Positions 52,320-64,000 of a stretch of 64,000 nucleotides of DNA are shown piece by piece. Origin of the DNA: Octopus vulgaris (taxonomy: Eukaryota). The stretch spans positions 185,504,001 to 185,568,000 of the forward strand of contig OX597815.1 of the NCBI GenBank assembly GCA_951406725.2, in the 5' to 3' direction. The position numbers and the translations under genes are program-made. The notes below the pieces were generated by a model that saw nothing but the letters and a program-made list of their open reading frames with translations, was not told where the DNA came from and did not search any database. Within the stretch, counting starts at the first letter, position 1; every line of letters begins with the position of its first letter.

Positions 52320-54943
52320 GCATACAAAAGGCACCTGTACTGGCGTCATGTAAAAAGAACTTGGGCACTTGGCCCTAAATCTATCATGAACTCAATTACC
52401 TAACTGCTCCTTTGTACATTGCTTATACACACCTACAAGCTATTCCTCTATGTTCCATTGTCAACCCCCAGTTCACAGAGCACAGTGCCATATAACAATC
52501 CCCCAATACACCTTGTAAAGGGGTTGGTGTTAGGGAGGGTATACAGCTGTAGAAACCATGCCAAAACAGACAGAGTCTGGCACAGTCTTCTGTCAGCACC
52601 TTTCAAATGGCCCAACCCATTCCACCAATGAAAGCAGACATTAAATGATAATGATGATGATGATATATGTTTATTATACATAGTATGTGCCGGTGGCACG
52701 TAAAAAGCACCCACTACACTTGCGGAGTGGTTGGCATTAGGAAGGGCATCCAGCTGTAGAAACACTGCCAGATCAGACTGGAGCCTGGTGTAGCCCTGGC
52801 TTCCCAGACCCTGGTCGAACCATCCAACCCATGCTAGTGCAGAAAACGGACGTATAAATGATGATGATGATAGTATATTTAATCAACTATTGGATGGCAC
52901 TAATTTTTATCAACTCCAGAAGGATTTAAAGCAAAAGCTAAAAGACATGTGTAGAGATATGTATCTCCACACATCTCTATCTGCAAGCCTATTTTTTATA
53001 TGTATATACAGGCACACATATACACATGTATGTATGCATATGTATATGTGTGTACTTATCATTATAAATTGCTTCAAGGGAAAGGGAGATGTGTTAGAAA
53101 GCAGGAACTCATCATCATCATCATTTAACGTCCAGTTTCTATGCTAGTGGGTTCACTACTCTAACCACTAAGCCATGTGCCCGCTACCACCTCGAAATTG
53201 CTGGGGTTCTGCCAAAATTTGAAACTAAAATATTAATGAAGGGAAGAATAATCCTTTCTACTGGAGGCACAAGGCCTGAAAATTTGGGGTAGGGGCTAGT
53301 CAATTATATCAACCCCAGTACGTACCTGGTACTTATTTCATCGACCCCTAAAACGATGAAAGGAAAAGTCAACCTCGGCGGAATTTGAACTCAGAATGTA
53401 GCGGCTTAAAAAATACTGCTAAGCATTTTGTCCAGCATGCTAATGACTTATTTCTTTATTGCCCACAAAGCGCTAAATATTGAGGGGACAAACAAAGGGA
53501 TTAAGATGATTACATCGACCCCAGTACATAACTAGTACTTAATTTATCGACCCCTAAAAGGATGAAAAGCAAAGTCGACCTCGGCGGAATTTGAACTCAG
53601 AACTCAGAACTTGAATGGCAGACGAAATACCGCTAAGCATTTCGCCTGGCATGCTAATGATTCTGCCAGCTTGCCGCCTTTGAAGGGAAGAATAATGTTA
53701 TATGCAGAAGTCAAACAACTAGGTTTGGTTGGTTTAGTCTGATGCTAACCAGCTAAATTCCTATTTCTTTTCATGTTTTTGTCAATATGTTTGTGTGTTT
53801 TATATTTGCATATGCTCAAACGCACAAATGTACATACAGATGTCCATAAATATTAACATTGGTATTTCTATAGGAAATGTAAATCAATATGCAAATGCCA
53901 ATGTTTTGTAGACTGATATGAGGTTTTGATATGGCACACACACACACACATACACACAAACACATGCACACAGACATACGCACATGTATACACACACAGA
54001 CACACACACACAGCCATACATTTGTGGTAAAGAAGTTTGCTTCCTAACCACACCTTTTCTATTTTTCTTTTATTCTTTTGCTTGTTTCAGACATTTGACT
54101 GTGGCCATGCTGGAGCACAGCTTTTAGTCAGACAAATCGACCTCAGGCTTATTCTTTGTAAGCCAAGTATTCTGTTTATAAATGCTCCAATATCTACACA
54201 GCCTTGGTTTTTTTATTTTACTACACAAAAAAATTCTTATACATATATATATATATATATATATTATCTACCTACTCTGGAATCTGCACTTTGGAAATTT
54301 TATAGAAAAGTACTTTTGTATTTTTATATAAAGTACATGTCTGACCAACCAAGATCATGGACATTAAATGATGACAACAATGATGACAATGATAATATAT
54401 ACGTGTGTGTTTGTGTGTGTATACACACACACAAGCATAAAGAAAACTTAATATATAGAGTTAATAATCCTTTCTTCTATAGGCACAAGGACTGGATTTT
54501 TGTGTGGAGGAGGATAATCGATCACATGAACCCCAGTACTTGACTGGTACTTAATTTATTGACCCCAATAGAATGAAAAGCAAAGCTGACCTTAGTGGAA
54601 TTCGAACTTACAACATAGCAACAGATGAAATACCCCTAAGCATTCTACCCGGTGTGCTAGCAACTCTGCCAGCTCACTGCTTTATATAGAGTTAATAATA
54701 ACACTAACTTAAACCGTCATATGTTACACTAAATATCTATTATATTAAATTTTCATATGAAGCTATATTTTCAGTCAAATAAATCAATGGTTTTTTTCTA
54801 AATTACCTTGGGTGTTTATATCAGTTTCTATCAACCATTTCACCTAATTGCCTCATCAATCAAATTTTGAAAATTTAAATCTTAGATTCTGAGTATTTCA
54901 AACCTTTGTCTGGTATGAATGCATAATATATAAATTTGAATAT

Positions 54944-55345
54944 AGGCGCAGGAGTGGCTGTGTGGTAAGAAGCTTGCTTACCAACCACATGGTTCTGTGT
55001 TCAGTCCTACTGTGTGGCATCTTAGGCAAGTGTCTTCTTATAGCCTCAGGCCTACCAAAGCCTTGTGAGTGGATTTGGTGGGTGGAAACTGAAAGAAGCC
55101 CATCGTGTGTGTATTATATTATATGTGTGTGAGTGTGTCTTTATATGTGTTTGTGCCCACCACTTCTTGACAACTGGTGTTGGTAAAATTACATTTCCCC
55201 ATAACTTAGTGGTTTGGCAAAAGAGACTGATAAAATAAGTACCAGGTTTATCGAAAATTAAGTCCTGGGATCGATTAATTTGACTAAAAATTCTTCAAGG
55301 CAGTGCCCCAGCATGGCCACAGTCTAATGACTGAAGCAATTAAAA
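54944..55345 (+). mobile_element. SINE family A
   Basis: Starts ggcgcaggagtggctgtgtggtaagaagcttgcttaccaaccac. Confidence 0.85.
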
Positions 55346-55984
55346 GAAACAGTAAAGTGGTGAGATGGCAGAAACATAAGCATGCCGGGCAAAATGCTTG
55401 GCGGTATTTCATCTGTCTTTACATTCTGAGTTCAAATTCTGCTGATGTCACATTTGCCTTTTATCCTTTCGGGGTCTATAATTTAAGTACCAGTTGTGCC
55501 TTGAGTAGAAAGGAATTAAAAGAAACAGAACAGTGGGGTCATATTAAACTTTAGACATATTTTTCACACTCTGGCTCTCTCATTTATATTTCAAAGTTGA
55601 AGTTTATATTTTGCAGCAAAAAATGTCAACTTTTTTAAGCAGATTACCTAGAATGTTTATAACATAAACATTTGCTTCTGCAATTACAAATTCAAATATG
55701 AATGCACAATCAGATTAAATATATTCCAGTCTGGAACAAATTGGCTGATCCTATTCATTTGTTTTAAATTAAATATTCATATGTTCTTAGCTATTTAACT
55801 ATACATGCTGATTATTCTCTCTCTGTTTGTATTCTTTTATTCCTTTCTGCTGAAGAGCATAGGCTCGAAACATAAAAGACTTTCTCACTTTCCAGAGCAT
55901 CAAACTAACACACCTGCTTGCTGTTCATACACCTGTCTTCATCTTTTGTTTTTCTGTAAATTTCAACTATATATAAAATATAAA

Positions 55985-56232
55985 TGTTCCTTCACAAGCC
56001 ATGCCAAACTCATAAGGGCCAGTTTCCCAGTTTCAGTGACGTAGAAATTCCTCACATGGATGGGATGCTGGTCTGTCGCAGGATAACTCATTTTTGCCAG
56101 CTGAGTGGACTGGAGTAACGTGAAAATGAAGTGCTTTGCTCAAGAACACAACACATCGCCCGGTCCAGGAAGTGAAACCACAACCTTACGATCATGAGTT
56201 CAACACCCTAACCACTAAGCCATGCGCCTCCA
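55985..56232 (-). mobile_element. SINE, head X + tail 2
   Basis: Head as in the 51575 copy; tail gccatgcc...ctcataagggc..gtttccc as at 61500-61540. Confidence 0.75.
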
Positions 56233-56499
56233 CACACACACATATATATATATATGTATATGAGTGGACAAACAAAAGACAGGCACTCAAAAAATTTATT
56301 TGGAGCTACACGTATGGACCAAAAAATTTTGATTCAAATTCATTGGTATTCTTCAGTTTCAAGCATAATGCTAGTCGACACCCATAATGGCTGACAACTA
56401 ACATCACACTTGAAACCTCAAGTATACCAACAAATTTGAATCAAACTGTCTTTATATATATGTATATATATTTATATATGAATCAAAATGTTTTGATCC

Positions 56500-56535
<36 letters not shown>

Positions 56536-56644
56536 AACAAAGATATTTTATTTTTGAAAATCAGTGTAAACTGTGAAACCAGTTAATACTTCAAATTTCA
56601 GGCCTTGTGCCGATAGCAGAAAGGGTTATTATTATCATTATTTT

Positions 56645-57360
56645 ATTGTCTTTGCATAGCTTCTAATGCTGGAGATGTACCACGGTGCCAGTGAACTAAG
56701 ATAAAACCCCCTATTTTTCGAGCATGATATGGAGTATTTGAGTGGTTCCGAGTAGTGCTGTTTTCTGCAAGTGCTCCAACCTTATTGCAGCCCCTATTTG
56801 TTTCATGTATTTCTCAAGATTTTTACTCACTGCCCCCAGGGCTTCGACAATTATTGGTACTAGTACTACCTTTTTCAGAGACCACAATTGCTTAACTTCC
56901 CAAGCTAACCTGTCATATCTATCAACTTTTCTTTCATCATTATTGCATACTTTTTTGTCAGTTGGGCATGCTATATCTATGAACAAGCATAGTCTGTTTT
57001 CTATCTAATGGTCGCACTGTATCATAAAATCCCATAGGATCTTTGCATTATCATTTTCGATGATGACTCCGGTTTTATGTTCATACCGCTTTTTTGCTCT
57101 GTCAAATCCATACTTGTTGCAACGTGTCCAATGGACAACCCTTGCTATATTGTCAAACATCACTTATATTCCTTCTGGGCTAGTGGTACACATTGGCTGG
57201 TAATATGCCATATGGTTTCACCATTTTGTCCACAAATTCTGCACCTAAAATTTTCTGATGTGTTGTCTATTCTGTATTTGATGCAATTAGTTCTTAATTC
57301 TTACTCTTGGGCAGCACAGGTTAGAGCCTCCATTTCTGGTTTTAAATCACTTTTAACTCA
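56645..57360 (-). mobile_element. Second copy of the same R4/Dong-like fragment
   Basis: ORF 56711-56986: FIDIACPTDKK...KVDRYDRLAWEVKQLWSLKKVVLVPIIVEALGAV...LQKTALLGT; (TTA)n flanks. Confidence 0.85.
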
Positions 57361-57375
57361 ATTATTATTATTATT

Positions 57376-57927
57376 GAGTGAGAGAGCAGTGCATGCCATC
57401 AAAGTGACACCGGGGTAAAATATACGAAGCCCAATATACCCATCATGACTACCCATCTGATAAGGGTACACTAGGCACATGCACCACAACCATATGTGTG
57501 TGACATGGTGATCTCATATCAAGATAAACAGCATATGATCTTGCAGGTGGGGCCCAGTTAGAATTTTCTTCTGGTCAAGTAACCCATCCCACTCAAAAGG
57601 TCCCTGAATAAGGGTTAAGGATGTTGAATGAAACACCCATGTTTCCAGAGGTGAATTATTCAAACCCCAAAGAATCACTGTCAACACATGACTATGATGC
57701 TCCCCAACTCCTCCTGCTCATGATCAGAGATGCACATATCGTCAGCCACTAAGGAACATGCTCAACTGGTTATGGTCAAACAACTGACAAGCAAATCTGT
57801 GGTATTGAGCAGAATATTTGCTGTAGCCCATCTTTTATACCAAGACAAAACAATGTACATGATAACACTTCCAATCAGTTAAGATCAGAAGCCACGAGAG
57901 CCACTGCCTGGTACTACATCAGGGCAT
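57376..57927. mobile_element. Unclassified ~550-bp interspersed element between TTA/TCA microsatellites
   Basis: GC-richer block; its terminus gagtgagagagcagtgcatgcc recurs after attattatt at 167-188. Confidence 0.5.
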
Positions 57928-60619
57928 CATTATCATCATCATCATTATTATTATTATTAAGGCAGTGAGCTGGCAGTATTGTTATCACACCAGACAAAAT
58001 GCTTGGCAGTATTTCATTGTTCAAACAACGTCAAGGTCAACTTTGACTTTCATCCGTTTGGGGGTTGATAAAATAAAATCCAGTTGCATACTAGGGTTAA
58101 TGTAACTGACATGCCCACCACCCCTGAAACTTCTGGCCTTGAGCCAAAATTTGAAACCAATATTTGTCTTGTATGATTTTTCTAAGTTCATAGCCTTATA
58201 TATTACTTTAAAAAACAAGAACAACATGTTACACAGGAAGGTAAGAACTTGATGACACAGCAAGGCAGCTGTTATTTCATGTATAAAGCCTTTCTTTAAA
58301 ATGGGCCAAAATCAACTTAAACAAACATGTTTATATTTATCAATTTTCTACTGTATAGACAAACATTTTGTATTTATATCAATTTTCCATTGATGCTGTT
58401 GCTGTTGTTGTTGTTGTGTTACCCCATTAATATCTACTTGAGAAGGCCACATTTGAAAAGAGTTGGTTGAGATTTCTCACCTAACTGAGAAATCATGCTC
58501 TCAGCTCTTTCTAAATCCCACTTTAAAACGTTTCATGTTCACAATAAACCATTAGTTCTTTATTTAATGATTGCTATCATTTTATTTATTTTATTTCTAG
58601 TAGCGTTGTACTGATGATTGAACAAGGCCCTACTAATGATGTTAAAATGTATAATAGGTAAGATATACACCTTTCATCTGTCCATCTAACTTTCCGTAAG
58701 TGCTAGGTCTAAATATCACAAATGGAGGCAGCAGGAGCACTGTTCAATTGAAGATTGCTTTGTTAGCTTGCAAAACTACTTTGAAATACATTCAAGTGTG
58801 TATGATACAAGAACAATAAAAAGTCTCTTTTAGGCTAAATACAATTCATTAGATTAATGTTAACTATTGGGTTAAATGATCCATTAGGCTAAATATCTCA
58901 CATACTTAAGACAAGTAACAACATTAATAAAAGAATTTCAACTATTAAAGTGAAAAATCAGAATTTGTAACAACATTTTGTTATAATCTCATTTCCCTCT
59001 TCTATTTGTCATTGAATTATTAGATAAATAATAATCCAATTCTGTATTTCTGAAATGAGGAATTTTTGTATTGTGTATTTGTAGGAGTGGTGTCCTTGTC
59101 TTGATTGTTGCTTTCACGATATTTCAGCTGCTTATGCGATGGTGAAGCCTTCATAAGAAAGCTGGAGTATACTCAGCCAAAATGTAGTGAAAGCAACACT
59201 CAAGATGAAGAGATCAGTCTAACTTCGGAGACCCCCTTCAGTCACGAATGACCATGGGATTGCACCTAGAAAGTTACCTTCCAAGGCACAAATCTGGGCA
59301 AGGTTGTTTATGGAAGACCAGCAGTCGCCCATGCATACCAGCCTCTCCTTTTCACACCACTGATGTTGTCCAAGGGAAAGGCAAAGGCCGATACAGCTTG
59401 GCACCAGTGATGTCACAACTCATTTCTACAGCTGAGTTAACTGGAGCAACGTGAAATAAAGTGTCTTGCTGAAGAACACAACATGCAGCCCGATCCGGGA
59501 TTCGAACTCATAACTTCACAGTCATAAGATCAAAGCTCTAACCACTGAGCCATGTGCCTTCACCTAAGTCTAACTAATACATAATACAAATGATAATCAC
59601 TTTGCTACCTGCATTGTTTCCCATTAAAAAATCCTTCTATTTAACCCTTTAGCATTAAAACTGGCCACATCTGGCCAAAATATTCCACCTTCTTTATGTT
59701 CTAACTGGCCAGATCTGGTCCCTCACACCTACTCTACAATGTTATTCTAAAAATAAACTATCATTGCAATTCTGAAGCTGCAAGATAGTTGGTGATTAAT
59801 TCAAAACAAGACCTGTCAAGCCAAGTGGAATTGTAGTTGGGGCTGATGCTGGTTCCACATAACTGGCACCCATATCGGTGGCACATAAAACCACCTTCCA
59901 AGCATTGGACCTCACAGAGGCAAAATGGCTGAGATCCTTTCAAATGTTGGGCCTCACAAAGGTAATGACTGAGATCTTTGGTATTATGTTGTGCTTGAGA
60001 AGGAGACACATCAAGACAAGTAAAATTGCAGTAAGGACAGATACCAGAGTCATGCAAATGGCACCCATGCCGGTGGCACGTAAAAGCGCCCAGTACACTC
60101 TGTAAAGTGGTTGGAGTTAGGAAGGACATCCAACCATAGAAACCATACCAAATCAGACTGGAATTTGGGGCAGCCTTCCATCTTCCCAGCCCTGGTCAAA
60201 CTATCCAACCCACACCAGCATGAACAACAGTTGTTAAATGATGATGATAATGATGATGATGATGATGATGAATGTGAAGAAATAAGTATTACATTTTACA
60301 GAAGAATCTGAATGCTAAAAGGTTAAATATGAATTACTTGGATGATTTTGTAGTTTATCGTATCTAACATTCATTCAATATCTACACCTAACTTTATTAA
60401 TACATATTCTGTTTCACAGCAATTAATTTCTTCATTCCATTCTTCATATTTTTTTCAGATGTTTTTTTAATTCACTTACACGTATTTTACAGACCATTTT
60501 TTTTCACATTCCTTTCCAGCTCATTTTTTTTAAAGATATTTATTGTTTTTCACTTTATTCATTCCCGTGCTATAACGCTTGCCTTTATAACAAATGACAT
60601 TGTGATAAAAATTCTTCAA

Positions 60620-61830
60620 AAAACATATATATACATACTTAAATTCTGTAATAATATTATTTTCGTCTGGATTGTAACACTGAAGCATTATTTCAAGCGG
60701 AGAAAAGATCTCAGTAGCTGTCTTGCTAAAGTTTACAAACATGGAAGTGATAACCTTGTTAGGACAGCAAATAAACTTGAGAAGAAATATGGAATAAAAT
60801 CTTACACTGATTTCTCCCCAAGGAACATTTAGAGATCTTACATGACACAGCAACAAAAACATGGACTAGACTGGTTCACAAAGGAGGGTGTACATGGTTT
60901 ACTTGAAAAGAAAAAACAAAATCCATGGAGGAAATGAGCCACACTAAAAGCCTGCCTTGTATTACTGACATGTTAATAACATCTACGTCCATGCAATTCA
61001 GAAGCGAGTATTCCCCACTAAGTATCTTCTACACAAAAGACAAAACACATCAGCTGACAACAAATGTAGTCTATGCAAAATGAAACTGAAGATATTAGCC
61101 ACATCATTGCCAACTGTGATAAAATGTCCTCAAGATACTACCTACTCCATATGAGGCATGATGTGGTAGCCAGAGCAATCTGGAAGAAAATAAGAAATAA
61201 AAAGATACAACAACCTGTTAAGACAAACATATTGTGACCAGTGAATCAAAAAGGATTAAAAGCAGTTAAAACATAACTAATCTTGTATTGTTTTTTTAGA
61301 ACCACAAAATAAAATAAATATCGTGCTTTAGTAGAAATTAGCAGTCCGCTTGATGCAATGTATGGTACAAAACTTCTATGAATCACTGATGAGATGTTCG
61401 CAAATCTAGTACCCAAAATATACTATTGGCTATATATCCCTCATTATTGGAGCAACTGGGTATGTATGGACATGCATTTTTTTTTTTGTTCCTTCTCGAG
61501 CCATGCCTGGCTCATAAGGGCTGGTTTCCCGGTTTCCTTGGCGTATAGGTTCTCCACCTGGACGGGACGCAGGTCCGTCACAGGTGAGCTGCAAGATGCA
61601 GGAGGAAAGAGTGAGAGAAAGTTGTGGTGAAAGAGTCAGCAGAAGTTCGCCATTACCCTCTGCCAGAGCTGTGTGGAGCTTAGGTGTTTCGCTCATAAAC
61701 ACATACATCGCCCGGTCTGAGATTCGAACCCGCAATCCCTCGACCACAAGTCTGCTGCTCTAACCACTAGGCCATGTGCCTCCACTATGGACATACTTGG
61801 AGCAATATGAACTTGGTTTCTCTGAGAAAG
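60620..61830 (+). mobile_element. Decayed RLE-type LINE fragment (R4/Hero/NeSL-like)
   Basis: ETEDISHIIANCDKMSSRYYLLHMRHDVVARAIW (CCHC knuckle region), VEISSPLD and IIGATGYV. Confidence 0.7.
61477..61785 (-). mobile_element. tRNA-derived SINE (head Y + V-domain-like tail 2), inserted in an RLE-type LINE fragment
   Basis: Reverse strand tggaggcacatggcctagtggttagagc...gggttcgaatctc; A-rich tail; flanking repeat tatggacat(g/a)c at ~61465 and ~61786. Confidence 0.85.
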
Positions 61831-62419
61831 AAAGGTAGCTCTATCAGGGATGATAAAAATCTGGAAGGAAAGAGGTGAGTAAGCTCTACTGGATGTTTAA
61901 GGAAACGAAGGAGTACAGATGAGCTGCAAAAGAATTGGTATTCAAAGGAATCTGCTGTAGAGTACAAGAAAAAGGATTAGGCTGCTGTGATTAAGTAAAG
62001 CTAATGATGGATGACTGTTGAATGAATAAACAAAAGAAAAAGGGGCAGGAAATTCTCCAAATGGAAAGAAATTTGCAGAAGAGGATGTGAGAAGAAGTGA
62101 TAGATATTGGACGATATGAATGAGATGCCAAAAATGTTGACATGTTATACACACACATCATGGACATAAATACATACAAAAATGGATGTGAAATGGACAG
62201 ACAGACAGACAGATGAAGAGACAAACAGATAAATAGACAGTGGCTTTTAGTTGTTTCAATCATTAGATTGTGGCCATGCTGGAGTACAGCCTTGAAAAAT
62301 TTTAGTTGAATGAATTGACGCCAGTACTTTTTTGTCTCTTTTTTTAAAGCCAGGCACATATTCTATCAGCCTCTTTTGTTGAACTGCTAGTTACAGGGAT
62401 GTAAACACACCAACACCTT

Positions 62420-62453
<34 letters not shown>

Positions 62454-62591
62454 TGAGTTGCCATGTCTTTTTGCTTTGGTATCATGTCATAGTTGGGAAC
62501 AAATATCATTGTCATGCAAGCGTTTTTTATTTTGCTTTCAGTATTCCTTGGAAACATAGACATTAAAGTGATGCTGAAGATAATAATGGTG

Positions 62592-62623
<32 letters not shown>

Positions 62624-62795
62624 CAAGAGTTATAAACTGGAGAAGATAACATCCAGGCTACATATGTTTCACAGTGAGCAAAAACTCTGAAGTGGTAAAT
62701 ATCCAGGTGAAGTGTAATGCTAGGTAAATGCTGTAACAGATTACTAGGTCTCCAAGTTCGTAGCCGAGCCATTGCAGATTTCCGATGCAGCAGAT

Positions 62796-63158
62796 ATATA
62801 ATCGTTAAAGAGGACAACAAAACATTAAGGCAAGGCAAACATCCCAAGTCGCAGGATTGCACCTAAGGACTTATGCCCTTGTTTCTACAACTTCAGAAAG
62901 TTGAACTATGAACTTTTATGCTTCTTTTTTCTTCTTTCTCTGCATCTCCTTATTCTTTTACTCCCTTCCTCTATGTCATTATCTCATTAATATAAACCAT
63001 TCTCATTTTCCCTATTTGTCTCTGATGATGGAATATCCCATACTCGGGGATATCCCAGAAACAACTGTAAGACTTTGAATTCTTTCCATTAATAATAATG
63101 TATACAACTTGAGAGGTTTGCCTTGCCTTAATGTTTGTTTGTCTCCTTAATAATTATA
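62796..63158. repeat. Fold-back element enclosing a hammerhead
   Basis: aacattaaggcaaggcaaac...caag / cttg...gtttgccttgccttaatgtt. Confidence 0.75.
63018..63073 (+). ncRNA. Type I hammerhead ribozyme inside a fold-back element
   Basis: gucu-CUGAUGA-uggaauauccc...gggauauccca-GAAAC-aacu-GUA^agac. Confidence 0.72.
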
Positions 63159-64000
63159 TATACATACATACATATATATATTTATATATATATATAGTAA
63201 GAATTTACAGAAAACAAAAGACGAAGATGGGTGTGTAAACAACAAACAGATGTATTAGTTTAATGCTTGGGAAGTAAGAAAATCTTTTACGTTTTGAGCC
63301 TAGGCTCTTCAACAGAAAGGAACACAAAAATAAAAAGGGAGAGAAAATAGAAAAAGGTCTAGTGGCTAGCGATCTATCATGGCAAATATTACGTTCATAA
63401 AACAGAGTATTAAGTATTGTAACTTGCTTGAAGCATTATATGTGTGAATAAGATAAATGTTAGCAAAAGCCTTTGGGCAATTTAGGCAGAAAGTTAGACA
63501 AAACATGTAAGGTTATATAAGGTTATGAAAACAGAAATAATGTATATTTCCTTACATAAATTGTTTAGGAATCCTAAAATATTTCAGAGAAAATTCCATT
63601 TTGTCTGACACAGTGGAAACTCAACAGCCCTGGCAATATTATTTTACTTTTTCTATCACATTTTCTAAATGATAAAAGTCTTACTAATACAGACCACAAC
63701 CAGTCTCCTAAGATTCTGTTTTATTATATGAACTTTCATATATATTTTCATACATAAATGTTCGTTAAATGTGTCTATACTTATATAGATGTACCTCTGT
63801 GTGAAGTATATGTGTGTGTGTGTGTGTGCGTGTGTGTTTAGCATTCAATTCTACACCCTTCAGACATTACCCATTTCCATTCAGATACTCAGATAAGTAA
63901 CTGTGTTACTCTATTTCTATTGATAACAAATTCTATCCGTACCATATCTACCTCCTGCAAGTGTTCAACCTATTTTATTTTCTAACATATATTCATAAAC

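Larger units (their letters stand above)
27360..63750 (-). pseudogene. Heavily decayed dynein heavy chain-like sequence, copy B (probably continues past the right edge)
   Basis: Colinear motifs read on -: 63640 IILPGLLSF; 60470 ELKKHLKKI/EEWNE; 58500 ESMISQLGEK; 51530 YKSLELS*SKGTSFCNF...EELQQI (cf. KGLA.SG.W.CFDEFNR...VAQQI); 49920 LNESFRGKFSLV; 49180 FFDFSFMK; 47600 INLLRPARLLYSGEKKTT; 47360 LGSFDSQ; 42210 LYAMIYAL/SGTI...PSEGT; 38780 KNFGNEKGGK; 36175 FGNALLIIFRSIHKPSL (cf. RGNALLVGVGGSGKQSL); 35875 LCLFENNNIR/HIDKIL; 32225 PSCLTGSYIINFDV; 31500 SIYQRDLKGLF; 27712 PLFNIIAQ. Confidence 0.65.

Noticed and set aside
43146-64000. First coding exon of complexin (MAAFIAKQM...-like)
   Set aside because: Not found by eye; probably beyond the right edge of the window.
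1-64000. CRISPR arrays, operons or other prokaryotic systems
   Set aside because: The DNA is eukaryotic, with spliceosomal exons and SINEs, and has no regularly spaced repeat-spacer array.

Overview
AT-rich, microsatellite- and SINE-dense eukaryotic DNA. The complexin peptide and the repeat families suggest a coleoid cephalopod, probably Octopus (inference). The only intact coding sequence found is two internal minus-strand exons of complexin/synaphin (43145-42985 and 27896-27758); I could not find the first or last coding exon. Hand translation of the non-repeat intronic DNA, reading through stops and frameshifts, gives two long colinear series of degenerate dynein heavy chain motifs (DHC_N2, linker, AAA1-AAA6, C-terminal domain). 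Copy A lies on + (~3.2-26.8 kb) and copy B on - (~63.7-27.4 kb), and they converge near 27 kb. Copy B is on the same strand as complexin and appears to straddle both complexin exons. These dynein calls rest on by-eye motif matching against remembered consensus sequences and need HMM/tblastn confirmation. Also present: a decayed mariner, R4/Dong-like, RTE-like and CR1-like LINE fragments, several modular tRNA-SINE families, piggyBac-like and hAT-like MITEs, fold-back elements, two apparently intact minimal hammerhead ribozymes, and a hairpin covering a complexin splice donor. Repeat and pseudogene boundaries are approximate.
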